Positions 9,877-21,200 of a stretch of DNA of 64,000 bases are shown here, in pieces. The DNA comes from Candidatus Omnitrophota bacterium (GTDB lineage Bacteria; Omnitrophota; Gorgyraeia; Zapsychrales; JBAZNR01), in the NCBI GenBank assembly GCA_041649175.1, contig JBAZNR010000001.1:514332-578331 (forward strand), given 5' to 3'. The translations under genes and the position numbers were made by a program. The notes beneath the pieces are model-generated. The model made no database searches. It saw only the letters and a program-made list of their open reading frames with translations, and was not told the origin of the DNA. Numbering within the stretch: the stretch's first letter is position 1; each line of letters begins with the position of its first letter.

Positions 9877-10771
9877 AAAACAGTTTGATAAAAAAGTTGA
9901 TGCCAGCTTTAGCACGGTCGGGTTGATGGCGACTTTTTTTGGCTTGATCGTTTTAGCGGTTCTTGTTATCGATGTTTTTATGGACGGCTACAAGCGTTTG
10001 AGCTGGGATTTTTTTATGAATTATCCGTCGCGCAAACCTGAACAAGCCGGAATTCTTTCAGCTTGGGTAGGGACTCTTTGGATCATGGTCACTACCGCTC
10101 TTTTGGCGATTCCCTTAGGGGTTGGGTCTGGGATTTATTTGGAAGAATATGCCCGGCGTAACCGCTGGACAGATTTTATTGAGATCAATATTGCGAATTT
10201 AGCAGGCGTTCCCTCGGTTATTTACGGCATTTTAGGCCTAGGCCTTTTTGTGCGCATGATGCATTTAGACCGTAGTGTTTTAGCCGGGGGGCTTATTTTG
10301 GCCTTGCTTGTTTTACCGGTTATTATTTTATCAACACGTGAGGCCTTACGCAGTGTTCCTCATTCTATCAGAGAAGCTTCTTATGCCTTAGGAGCTACCA
10401 AATGGCAAACGGTGCGTTTTCAAGTTCTTCCGGCCGGATTTGGCAGTATTTTAACCGGAATTATTTTAGCGATGTCGCGCGCCATCGGAGAAACAGCGCC
10501 TCTGATCACCATAGGCGCCCTGACGTATATTCCATTTTTACCGTCGCCTCCGGTTTCTTTTTCAAAAGATCTTCCGTTTGTCAATGTGACGCTCAAAGGG
10601 TTCTTTGAGCCTTTTACGGTTTTACCGATCCAGATCTTTAATTGGGTTTCTCGTCCGCAAAAAGGATTTCTTATTAATGCCGCGGCGGGAATTATTGTTT
10701 TGCTGGCGATCACGCTGGCTATGAACGGATTCGCTATTTACCTTCGTTATAAAAATCAGAAAAGGTGGTAA
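9869..10771 (+). CDS. pstA: Phosphate ABC transporter permease
   Basis: Multi-TM protein with an EAA motif ([43 protein letters not shown]). Overlaps pstC by 8 nt. Confidence 0.9.
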   Translation: MNKKQFDKKVDASFSTVGLMATFFGLIVLAVLVIDVFMDGYKRLSWDFFMNYPSRKPEQAGILSAWVGTLWIMVTTALLAIPLGVGSGIYLEEYARRNRWTDFIEINIANLAGVPSVIYGILGLGLFVRMMHLDRSVLAGGLILALLVLPVIILSTREALRSVPHSIREASYALGATKWQTVRFQVLPAGFGSILTGIILAMSRAIGETAPLITIGALTYIPFLPSPPVSFSKDLPFVNVTLKGFFEPFTVLPIQIFNWVSRPQKGFLINAAAGIIVLLAITLAMNGFAIYLRYKNQKRW

Positions 10772-10774
10772 GTT

Positions 10775-11533
10775 ATGTCGTCGATCGTTTTGCAAGTTAA
10801 AAATTTGGATTCTTATTACGGAAAGAAACAAGTTTTAAAAGATATTACGTTAGATATCCAGGAAAGATCCGTAACGGCCCTTATGGGGCCTTCGGGCTGC
10901 GGGAAAAGCACACTCATTCGCTGTTTTAACCGCATGAATGACCTGGTTTCTAAGTTCCATCTGAAAGGAAAGATCCTTTATAAAGGAGATGATCTTTATT
11001 CAAAAGATATTGATGTAACCGACCTAAGGCGAGAGATCGGCATGGTTTTTCAAAAACCTAATCCATTTCCGAAAAGTATTTTTGAGAATATTGTTTATGG
11101 GATGAAGATCCAGGGAGTTAGCGATCAAGAGTACATTCATTCTACCGTCGAAGAAGTTTTAAAGAAAGCCGCTTTGTGGGACGAGGTGAGCGACCGGCTG
11201 CATGAATCGGCGCTGTCACTTTCCGGCGGACAACAACAAAGGCTCTGCATCGCTCGGGCTTTAGCCGTTAAGCCGAAGGTCATTTTATTTGATGAGCCAT
11301 GTTCGGCGCTTGACCCTATTGCCACGGCAAAGATTGAAGAACTGATCGCGGAATTAAAAAAGAGCTACACCATCGTTGTGGTCACGCATAATACCGCTCA
11401 GGCGGCGCGTATTTCTGATTTTACGGCCTTTTTATACTTAGGGGAATTGATCGAATACGGTATTACCGATAAAATGTTTACCGCGCCCGATAATAAACGC
11501 ACCGAAGAATATTTAACCGGGAAATTTGGTTAA
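10775..11533 (+). CDS. pstB: Phosphate ABC transporter ATP-binding protein
   Basis: Walker [13 protein letters not shown] signature LSGGQQQRL and Walker B ILFDEP. Confidence 0.95.
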   Translation: MSSIVLQVKNLDSYYGKKQVLKDITLDIQERSVTALMGPSGCGKSTLIRCFNRMNDLVSKFHLKGKILYKGDDLYSKDIDVTDLRREIGMVFQKPNPFPKSIFENIVYGMKIQGVSDQEYIHSTVEEVLKKAALWDEVSDRLHESALSLSGGQQQRLCIARALAVKPKVILFDEPCSALDPIATAKIEELIAELKKSYTIVVVTHNTAQAARISDFTAFLYLGELIEYGITDKMFTAPDNKRTEEYLTGKFG

Positions 11534-11573
11534 GTTGATAAAATAGCAGTTGTCATTTACGAAAGGGAAACCG

Positions 11574-12248
11574 ATGCAAAGACATTTCGATGAAGAATTA
11601 GCCGATCTCAAGCAAGATATTTTAAAGATGGGAACGATGGTCGAAGAGGCTATTTTCCAATCTGTGGAATCGCTCAAACAATTAAGCGTCGAGAATGCCA
11701 AGCGTGTTATCGCGGATGATCAATTGGTGGATGAATTAGAATTAAAAATAGAACAAAGATGCCTTGATCTCTTGGCTTTGCGCCAGCCAATGGCCTCCGA
11801 CTTAAGATTTATTACCATGGCCATGAAGATCACCAATGAGCTTGAGCGCATGGCGGATCTGGCGGTTGATATTGCTCAAAGAGTTTTAGGATTAACGGAT
11901 AAACCTCTTTTGAAGCCGTTAGTGGATATCCCTAAGTTAACAAAGATCGCCCAAAATATGACCCGGGATGTTATTAACGCATTCATTAATAAAGATATTG
12001 AGCTGGCCAAGCAAGTTATTTTTACCGATCCCGAAGCCGACAAGCTGCGTAATTTTGTTCAGGAAGAATTGATCAATGATTTTATGGCCAAAGACCCGGA
12101 AACGGCAACTAGGGCTGTTCCGCTTTTATTGATCGCGCGCCACTTGGAGCGTATTTGTGATCACGCGACGAATATCGCCGAGGATGTCATCTATATCACA
12201 TCAGCGAAAGTCGTAAAACATCATCCCGAAGAATTGCAAGGGCATTGA
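11574..12248 (+). CDS. phoU: Phosphate transport system regulator PhoU
   Basis: PhoU two-repeat helical protein (ALRQPMASDLRFI...ELERMADLAVDIA; RHLERICDHATNIAE). The likely start is the internal ATG with RBS gaaaggga; the longer ORF begins at 11550. Confidence 0.85.
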   Translation: MQRHFDEELADLKQDILKMGTMVEEAIFQSVESLKQLSVENAKRVIADDQLVDELELKIEQRCLDLLALRQPMASDLRFITMAMKITNELERMADLAVDIAQRVLGLTDKPLLKPLVDIPKLTKIAQNMTRDVINAFINKDIELAKQVIFTDPEADKLRNFVQEELINDFMAKDPETATRAVPLLLIARHLERICDHATNIAEDVIYITSAKVVKHHPEELQGH

Positions 12249-12322
12249 TTTTTTGAAGCGGGCTAATTCAAGCGGAAAAAACCGAATACGACGAGGCGAA
12301 GCGCAATAAATAAAATAATTAT

Positions 12323-12351
12323 TTGACAAAAAGGGCTAATTTAGTCATACT
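12323..12351 (+). promoter_or_regulatory. Sigma70-like promoter for cspA (TTGACA-N17-CATACT)
   Basis: Read directly: tTTGACAaaaagggctaatttagtCATACT. About 140-nt leader to the ATG. Confidence 0.5.
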
Positions 12352-12401
12352 TTCGTTAGGTGAGCAATAGTAGCAATAAGTCAAGACCGAAGAACATTTA
12401 T

Positions 12402-12441
12402 CCGCAAGATAGAAAATAATTCGTCTTGCGGTTTTTGTTTT
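12402..12441 (+). terminator. Intrinsic-terminator-like hairpin plus U-run inside the cspA 5' leader (possible attenuator)
   Basis: ccgcaag-N16-cttgcgg followed by tttttgtttt. Lies between the promoter and the cspA RBS. Confidence 0.4.
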
Positions 12442-12490
12442 GCAGACACCGGCTTATTGAAATCAACAAACAAGAAGGAGGAACAGACCA

Positions 12491-12691
12491 ATGGCTAAAG
12501 GTACAGTCAAATGGTTCAATAACCAAAAGGGTTATGGGTTTATCACGCCTGAATCAGGCAACGATGTCTTCGTGCATCACAGTGCTATTCAGGGAGAGGG
12601 TTACAAATCTCTCAATGAAGGTCAAAAAGTTGAATTCGAAATTCAAAACGGACCTAAAGGCGAACAAGCCGTTAATGTGGTGAAGCTGTAA
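12491..12691 (+). CDS. cspA: Cold-shock protein (CspA family)
   Basis: [18 protein letters not shown]...VFVHHSAI: RNP1/RNP2 motifs. 66 aa. RBS aaggagg. Confidence 0.95.
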   Translation: MAKGTVKWFNNQKGYGFITPESGNDVFVHHSAIQGEGYKSLNEGQKVEFEIQNGPKGEQAVNVVKL

Positions 12692-12706
12692 TATATTGAA
12701 AAGTTA

Positions 12707-12760
12707 AAGGCTCCTTTGCTCCGCCTTTAGGCGGAGCAAAGGAGCCTTTTTCTTTTTCCC
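12707..12760 (+). terminator. Rho-independent terminator after cspA
   Basis: aaaggctcctttgctccgcc-ttta-ggcggagcaaaggagccttt followed by ttttcttttt. Confidence 0.85.
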
Positions 12761-12908
12761 GCCAAAGTTCTCTCTCAATATTCTTAAGAAATACGAAAAT
12801 TCTCTTGTTTCGCCTCTGAGACGACACTAAAATGATTTTATAGAATAGAAAAGCAGCGTTTTTATCTGAAAAATATTTTAGGATATTAAAACATAATTGC
12901 CCGCGGCT

Positions 12909-14387
12909 ATGACAAGAACCTTAAAGATCTTTCTTCTTTTTATTTTTGCATCATCCGGTTTCTGTCCCTTACTGTATGCTCAAGGGCAAGACAGCCTTTA
13001 TCTTCGCGCGCCTAAGATCAGCCAAGAAACAAAAACCGTAAAACAAAATTCCATCCAGAAAACTGATTCCGCCAATCCGCTTCAACCCGTTGAAACAAAA
13101 GAATATTATGATTCCGGAGAATTAAAAGCGAGTTATCTGTATCAAAACGGCAAGAAAAACGGCCCGGCCAAAACGTATTTTAAAAACGGCACTGTTAATG
13201 ATGAAGTCATTTATAAAAATGATAAACTCAACGGCAGTGCCCGCAAGTATTATGAAAACGGTATTCTTCATCAAGAGGCGTTTTTTAAAAATGGGGTCCT
13301 GGAAGGAAAAGGAAAGATTTATGACAGCAAAGGCCAATTAGCGGAAGAATATGTTTATAAAAAAGGAAAGCCAATTATTCCTCGAGGGAAACAAGAAGTT
13401 AAAAAAAGTGAGCCGCCAAAAGTAGTCGAAAAGAAAGAGCAGGAAAGATCCGATATGGATTCGGGCCTTTCCCCTGAAGAAGAAACAGCGCTTGTCTTAC
13501 GCGCTCCTCGGTCCGGAACGCAAAGTGAGCCGGAATTCTTTTATTTGCGTTCACCGGGATGGGCGGGAGCCCCGGGGTCAGAAAGCAAAAAAGAAGAAGA
13601 AACGGTGAAGAAAGAAGAAGCTTCGCCGTGGGAATTTGAAGCCGGATATGAAACCTCGCAAATCGTTTATAAAGAACCAACCGTTATGCGCCAATCCGGC
13701 TATATGCAGGGAGTATTTTTTTCTGTGACGCATCGCCCCAAATATCTTCAGATCAAAAGCTTGACGTATGAACCGTGGCTTAATATGTTCCGCTATGATT
13801 TTCGTTACGCGTTCGGCGAAATGTATTACAAGGGCCGGCTTTCCAACGGAACGCCTTATAATGTCGACGATATTCCGGATTATATGATAGAAACACGTCT
13901 GGTGGCTGGACATGAATTTGAGGAATTTGACCCAGCTAAATTAGCTTTATACTTTGGCTTGGGATATCGCTATCTTAATGATGATATGTCGATCGATCCT
14001 GCCGGCTATGAGCGTGAGTCGAATTATGTTTATATCCCGGTTGGTGTAGAGTATATGAAGCCTACAAAAGACGATTGGTGGTACGGAGGAATGTTGGAAT
14101 TTGACGGCCTTGTCGGCGGATGGCAGATCAGCCATGTCAGCAATGTGAACCCCGGTTACGGTGACTTAACAAATAATCAAACAAAGGGGTTTGGGGGAAA
14201 ATTTTCTCTTCGTCTGCAAAAAAAGGCTCAAGACCTGGATTTTCTTCTAGAACCTTATTATCGATATTGGTATATGGCTGATTCTGAATTAACACCCTGG
14301 CTTTTAAACGGCGTTTCGATCGGTTCCGGCCTGGAGCCTCGCAATCATTCCAATGAATACGGCGTAAGGTTCATTGCCCGCTTTTAA
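12909..14387 (+). CDS. Secreted MORN-repeat protein with a C-terminal beta-barrel-like domain
   Basis: Signal peptide (MTRTLKIFLLFIFASSGFCPLLYAQG). Three or four MORN/YwqK-type repeats (YYDSGELKASYLYQNGKKNG..., YFKNGTVNDEVIYKNDKLNG..., YYENGILHQEAFFKNGVLEG...). A Lys/Glu-rich linker, then a C-terminal region rich in aromatic-alternating strands ending ...RFIARF. Confidence 0.6.
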   Translation: MTRTLKIFLLFIFASSGFCPLLYAQGQDSLYLRAPKISQETKTVKQNSIQKTDSANPLQPVETKEYYDSGELKASYLYQNGKKNGPAKTYFKNGTVNDEVIYKNDKLNGSARKYYENGILHQEAFFKNGVLEGKGKIYDSKGQLAEEYVYKKGKPIIPRGKQEVKKSEPPKVVEKKEQERSDMDSGLSPEEETALVLRAPRSGTQSEPEFFYLRSPGWAGAPGSESKKEEETVKKEEASPWEFEAGYETSQIVYKEPTVMRQSGYMQGVFFSVTHRPKYLQIKSLTYEPWLNMFRYDFRYAFGEMYYKGRLSNGTPYNVDDIPDYMIETRLVAGHEFEEFDPAKLALYFGLGYRYLNDDMSIDPAGYERESNYVYIPVGVEYMKPTKDDWWYGGMLEFDGLVGGWQISHVSNVNPGYGDLTNNQTKGFGGKFSLRLQKKAQDLDFLLEPYYRYWYMADSELTPWLLNGVSIGSGLEPRNHSNEYGVRFIARF

Positions 14388-14510
14388 TTTCCACCCTATT
14401 TCTTAAAATAAACTCCCGTTGTTGACAAAGGCACCATTTCTTATAGAATACCTTTAATTTACCCTAGGTCTCAACAGGGTAAAAATGATACGAACAAAGG
14501 AGGTGAAAAT

Positions 14511-14975
14511 ATGAAAAAGACGATTTATATGATCCTAGCATTATGTCTCGTTGCCTCATTTGCTTTTGCGCAAGAAGAAGCGGTTATGGACGCTGATGTG
14601 AATGCGGTTGTGGCCGATCAACCTGTTGTTGACGAGGCGATGGCGGTAGACGAAGCAGTTGAAGAGGCGATGCCGACAGATGAGGGAGTTGTTGTCCTTC
14701 AGGGTTATGTTTTGGACAATATGTGCGCCCAGGCTCATCAGAACGACTTAGCCGAATTTGCACCGACACATCCGAAAACCTGTGCTTTAGAACCTGATTG
14801 CGCGGCTTCCGGATTTTCTATCTATGCGGATGGTAAGCTTTCTAAGTTTGACAAAGAAAGTTCAGCCAAAATAGAAGAATTCTTGAAAGCGGAAGGCAAT
14901 GAATCCAAGGTGGAAGTGACAGCCAAAGACGTCAACGGTGAATTAAGCCTCATATCCATTACCAACCAGTTATAA
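14511..14975 (+). CDS. Small secreted acidic protein with a 4-Cys C-terminal domain (hypothetical)
   Basis: Signal peptide MKKTIYMILALCLVASFAFAQ and an acidic V/A/D/E-rich repeat region. Perfect RBS aaaggaggtg. Confidence 0.55.
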   Translation: MKKTIYMILALCLVASFAFAQEEAVMDADVNAVVADQPVVDEAMAVDEAVEEAMPTDEGVVVLQGYVLDNMCAQAHQNDLAEFAPTHPKTCALEPDCAASGFSIYADGKLSKFDKESSAKIEEFLKAEGNESKVEVTAKDVNGELSLISITNQL

Positions 14976-15004
14976 TTCATCTTTTTTGATCAGAAATTAG
15001 AATA

Positions 15005-15047
15005 AGGGGCGGTTTTTCCTATAGGAAAAACCGCCCCTCCGTTTTTC
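15005..15047 (+). terminator. Rho-independent terminator
   Basis: aggggcggtttttcc-tata-ggaaaaaccgcccct followed by ccgttttt. Confidence 0.8.
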
Positions 15048-15269
15048 CGCTCATTTTTTCTTAAGAAAACTTTTTAAAAGACTTTAAGATCTTTAAATTC
15101 TAGCCCCCGCTTTGCGTTTTCTCCCATCGGCAAAAAAAACTTGACATTCTAATAAGGTGTGGTATTTTTGTAAAGCTTTAGTCTAGAAAACCGCTTTCTT
15201 TATAATGTCAAATTACCTAACCCATTCTAAATCTAGTACTTTTAACCCTCAAAAAAACATGGAGGATGC

Positions 15270-18200
15270 ATGCTTAGTTATATAGAACGCAGAAAAGACA
15301 ATATGTCTTTTAGGCTTATTTCTTTCTTTGTCTTGATCACTTTTGTCGCCAGCCTTGTTACTCCGCCCATGGGCTACGCACAAAGTTTTAATATCAACTT
15401 ACCCGTTCCGGGAACCATGCTTCTTCCCAGTCCTGTCTTTACGCCGCCTTTACTTCGTGGCATTGAAATTGACCCTGAAAATCCGCTTCATTTTGGTTTT
15501 ATTATGCACGGCGGCGACCAAAAGGTTAAAGGCGAAGAGCTGAAAAAAGAAGCTATGCAATCCATCAAGTACTTTTTAGCCGCCCTCACCATTCCAGAAA
15601 AAGACCTCTGGGTCAACCTTTCTCCATACGAAAAAGGGCGCATTGTTCCCGAAAAATTAGGTTTAACCGACTTAGGCCGCGACCTTTTAGGCCAAGATTA
15701 TCTTTTAAAACAACTGGCCGCGTCTCTTATATATCCCGAAAACGATCTAGGCAAGAAATTCTGGGATAAAGTCTACAAAAAAGCTTTCGATCTGTATGGC
15801 ACAACAGAAATCCCCATCAATACTTTCAACAAAGTCTGGATCGTTCCTGAGAAGGCAACTGTTCTTGAAACCAACGGCATGGCCATTGTCGCCGACAGCC
15901 ATTTAAAGGTTTTGTTGGAAGAAGATTATCTGGCGGTTAAAAACAATCTTTCCAACACCGAAAAAGGTACGGATATTTTAGAAGCCGCCAAAGTGAAAGA
16001 ATTAAGCCGCGTAACCTCACCGGTTGTGCGCGAAGTCATCATTCCGGCTATTGAAGAAGAAGTCAATGAAGGAAAAAACTTTGCTTTGTTGCGCCAAATC
16101 ACCAATGCCGTTATTTTGGCCACTTGGTACAAAAAAGCTTTAAAAGAAAGTTTATTAGGCAAAATCTATGTGGATAAAAGCAAGGTTTTAGGAATTAACC
16201 TTGAAGATACATCCGCTAAAGAAAAGATTTACGAGCAATATTTAGCCGCCTTCAAGCAAGGCGTCTACAACTATATTAAAGAAGACTATGACCCCAATAC
16301 TCAAGAAACCATTGAACGCAAATATATTTCCGGTGGGTACGGGACGGAATTAAATGGTATTCCTCTCTCTCAAAGGGTTGAGATTGCCGAAACAGTCTCC
16401 CAACTGCCCGCTGATGCCAGAAACGATGTGGCAAAACTTGTTTCCGAGCCAACCACTGTTACAAATTTTGATACTAATTTAACCGAACCTAATGAACCTC
16501 CTTCTCCTCTATCCAACAAAAAAGATGCAGGTATGGTCAGAAGCCTTTTGTCTGCCGTTACAGATTTTATGAATCAAAAAAGATTTGAACGTATTCGCCG
16601 TACTTGGTCAGCAAAAGATATTGCGGATCTATTGGGACGAGAAGTAGCTGTCGCAGAACCAAAATTTTCTAATTATTTAGCGGATAAGTTATTTGCAGCA
16701 ATGAAAATAGCCCAAGATAATAAATCGTTTATCGCGACCGGTGGTGTTATGGATGGCCCATCGGCAGCGGCGATGGCGGAAGCCGGACATACGGCGCTTT
16801 ATTTCAGCGGCTGGCAAGCTTCCAATCATTGGGGAGGGCCGGATTTAGCCAAGTACCCTTATGACGTTATTGCCAAGAATATAAAAGAAATCTATAAGTT
16901 CTTAGTAAATAAGGATCAAGATCAGCAAATTCGTATGCGTGCGATGTCAAATAAATTAGAAACACTTATGTCGAGGGTGTTCACAACTATACACGAAAAA
17001 GACAGTCTTGAAATAGAACAACAGAAAGATAAGTGGGTTGAAGAATTTATTAGTATTATTAAAAGCGATGACGCGATCTTTATCAACGATCTTCGCTATA
17101 ATCCTAAACTTATTTCTGAGTACGCGGAAGCTCTTATTACTGATGCGATCGCTCAAAAAGGAAAATTAGATCAAAAGATGAGGGATGGTATCCGCGATGG
17201 TATGTTTGGTTTCTTAAGCACGCACCTGGTAGATTATCTTATCCCTATTTTTGCCGATGGTGATACCGGACATCAAGCCGTTAAAGAAATGGTCAAGCTT
17301 TATGTTGAGGCTGGTGCTGCGGCTATTCACTTAGAAGATCAGGCGCATGGCTTAAAGAAATGTGGGCACATGGCAGGAAAAGTTTTGGTATCAACCCGTG
17401 AGCATCTCATGAGATTGCTTAATGCCAGGCAACAGGCCGATGAATTGTTCTCTAGAATTATGATCATTGCCCGTACCGACGCCGAAGCTGCCAATCTTTT
17501 AGCAACCAACGAAGACCCCGTTGACCATTATTTTATTACCGGAACGACCAACCAAAATCTTCCTTCTTTGTCCTATGTGATCCGCCTAGCTCGTCGAGAA
17601 GTGGCCGAATTTGATAAGAGAGCAAAAAATGATGATCTTATCGCTGAAATCCGAAAACTTATTCCCGGGATCAAGGACGGAGAATTGGAAGACATCCTTT
17701 CGCCTAAAACTCCGGAGCAATTGGTAGATGAATTATCTCAGAAATCTCCGGATATTGCTGCTGCCATACAAAAGGTATGGGCTTTACGCGGAGAAGTTAA
17801 CGGCCAACGATTAGAGCCAAACGATGAATTGTTTACCGAGCACGATAATTTTCCGATGACAGCTGGCTGGCTTTGGGATAATGCGGAATCGATTAGATTT
17901 AATGAAAACGATCTTATTAAGCTCAGCACAATTCTTAAGGCTCAAGACGGAAGCACAATGACCGTTGAAGAAGTTTTAAATCGTAAGCCCGCTAAAATTG
18001 CCGATGAAGTCAAAGCCATGGAAGCCTTAACCGAAACATGGGGCCAAAAAGCCGGCTTAAAGACGTATGGTGAAGCAGTCGTTGAATCTTTAAGTCAAAG
18101 TACGATTGAGAACAAGGAACAACTTATTGCGCAATGGAAAGAAGCAACAGATCCTCTTAAAAATACCCTTTCCCATGATCAATTAAAAGCTTTGGCTAAG

Positions 18201-21200
18201 AAATTCGGCGTTGAAATTAATTGGGATGCCGAAAAAGCCAGAACCTACGAAGGCTATTATCAATTGAACAAAAAATTGGGGGCAACGTTTGCCGCGGTCA
18301 GACAAAGGATCTTTGCTACCATTGCCGATAGTAGCTGGATGGAACAGGAAAAACCCGACGTCAAACAAGCAAAAATTTTTGTAGATAATGTTAATGCCGA
18401 TCCGAAGGCAAAAGGCGTTCTTTTTTCCATTAATCTTTCACCTTCTTTTAATTGGCTTAATCCGGATAACTGGAAATCGTCATTAACCGCGCAACAAATC
18501 GCCAATGTCAAAAAAGCCATGCAGTTTGGTAATTTTGATTGGAGCAATTGGGAGACATGGCGTGAATATCGTCCGGATGTTATGGCTATGCTTGACGCCA
18601 TTATGGAATTTAGCAGTGAAATGGGCAAGGCAGGTTTTAGTTTCCAATTTGTGACGATCTTTCAAGATCATATCAGCACACTGGCGATGTTTCAGGCTGG
18701 AAAAAGGCTTAAAGAATCCGGTGCCGGCGGTTTTGTTATGGTCGGGCAAGCTGAAGAGCAAAAACACCGTTCTCGTTTCTTAGAACATCAAGCGGCGGCC
18801 GGTGTCAAACGCGTTGGCGCTCAGGATAATTTAGTCGCGCGCGGTTCATCGGCAACGGGTGCGACCGGTAAGGGCGATACCATGGCGCAGTTTCAACCAG
18901 CTACTCCAAAAGCCGACAAAGGCCATGTGGTGACATTAACACCTCCGGAACAAGACAGATTGAACAAGCTTTCGGTTACATTTCCGGTTGACTTAGTCAA
19001 TAAAACAGCCGCGCAATTGACGGCTTTAGGATTACGCGGTGCCTTAAAGCGTGTTAATGATATTTTAAAGAAAGAAGGCGTTGACGCCGAACAAAAGCTT
19101 CTATCGCTTAATCTTCTTTTTTCTGATCTTTATCAAAGAACAGGTAAGGAAGAAATTGAAGCGGTTGTAGCGATGTTAGCCCAAAGACAAATTTCACCAA
19201 ACGCGTCAGAAATTCTCACCAAAGAAGAATTATCCAAGATCAGCCGCGCTATTAAAGATACCGCCGATGCCATGGCTAAACGCATCTTCCAGAAAATTTC
19301 GGAAGACGAAGGCATTATTTTAATGGTACGGGTGAGTGAAGGTTTTGGGCGCGATGAAGTCGCGGAAAGTTTTAAATCCAATGAAGTTATTGTGCCTTTG
19401 AATCTTAAAGGAGAGATCAATCGTATCTATGATGCGGTTGTGACTGGAAGCGATGTTTATCGCTCTGAAACCGACCAAAAAGTATATCCGATCGTTAATG
19501 CTGTTATCGATGTGATCGAAGGAACAAATATGTTCGTGACTAATTCTAACGATCATACGACATCCAGCATCAAGGATTCCGAATCGGGTTCTACCAGCGT
19601 GATCGTGACCGGGCCAGGCGTTGCCAGTTTAGGCAATGCGCCCGACGGTTACGTGGGACAATTTGAAACCAATTTGGGCGACAAGGCCGATGAATTCAAA
19701 CAAATTAAAGTCAGTGTCAAGGGCCAAGACTACGCGCTTTATGATCCCGAGCTTTATGCGGTGGCTCCGGAAATGGTCATTGAATACTTGAAATTTCTAG
19801 CTCGCAGCCGCAATCAATTGTTAAGCGATTTACAAGAAGAAATTGTGGTCATGGATCGTGTCCGCGAAGAAAAACTATTGCAGGCCTTGAAAAGCGCCAA
19901 AGAAACGTTCAATATTCAAGGTTTGAAAGTTACTACCATCAAGGATGGAACGGTGGCTCACGGCCTTAAGGCTTCTATGACGCCGGAAATGTTTAAACAA
20001 GCGACAGGGCAAGAGTATGGTGTTCATAAAACCATGATCACCATTGGCGGTTCGGCGGAAGGGTTTATGAATTTAGCCATCGCCGGTGGATTAAAGGCAA
20101 GCGGTGCTGTCGGAGCTTTACGCATTTATAGCGGTAAGATGAATAAAGACGACGATGGAGTGGAAGTTGATGACCACTCACTGCGTTATAGTTTTTGGTC
20201 TGATGAGATTGAAGATATTGTCATGTTGCGCGATGATGCTCAAGATGTTTTGGGTGGAGAGAAATTATTTACTCAAGCGGATGTTCAAGGTAGCGTGATG
20301 GGAGCTTTTTCGTTTATCAGCACCAACGGTGTTTTTGGCATAGAAGGCGCTACGTCTTCGGAAGAAGGAACAAGCGTCAAAACACTTATTATCAATGCGC
20401 TTGGGTCAACCCCGACTATTTCTATTACACAAACTGAAGTCACTCCCGCCGACCTCGCGATCTTCAGCGATAAAAAAGACGCGGGGCATGTGGTGATGCT
20501 GGAAACCGGAGACAAAACAGCCTTGGTTAGCCGTATTGATCCGGAATTAGGCAATGTTTTTGAAGCGTATGGAGACATTTTAACGCCGCAAGTGGTTCAG
20601 GTTTTAGAAAAAATTGCTCCACTAAGCGAAGAATTATCTGTTTTACGAGAGATCCGTGAAACACGTTATGTGGATCGCCAAATTAATCGTAAGAAAATCG
20701 ATTTCTTATCCGAAACAAATTCCGATGGATCAGATGCCGTTATTCCGGGAACAAATATTACGGTTAAAGATGCCAGAGCGGGAAAATTTGAAGGCGCTCC
20801 TATTCCGGCTGACCTACAGCGTCAATGGATCCAGCTAACCGGCCCCGCCGCTAAATCTCCGCAGGACAAGATCGGATTTTCAAAAGAACAATGGACTGAG
20901 GCTGATTTGCGCAATGTTGCCCATGCTCTTTTAAGCGGAGCGGACGGCATGATGTTCGACGGCGAAGATGCCTTAGGGCAATTGGGCACGATGTCTTTGG
21001 ACAATATTCGCGCTTTAACTTTGGCTTACAAGAAAGACCCGGTTTTCCTAAAAATAGCCGAAGAGGTTGCTAATGAATATATCAAAGCCGGAAAAAGGGA
21101 TGCGAGTTGGAATTGGAGAGAACTGATCGATAATAATTTCACAACCCGCATTTATCGTGTTCGCGGATTGCATTTAGATGACCGGCATACGCAGTTTAAG

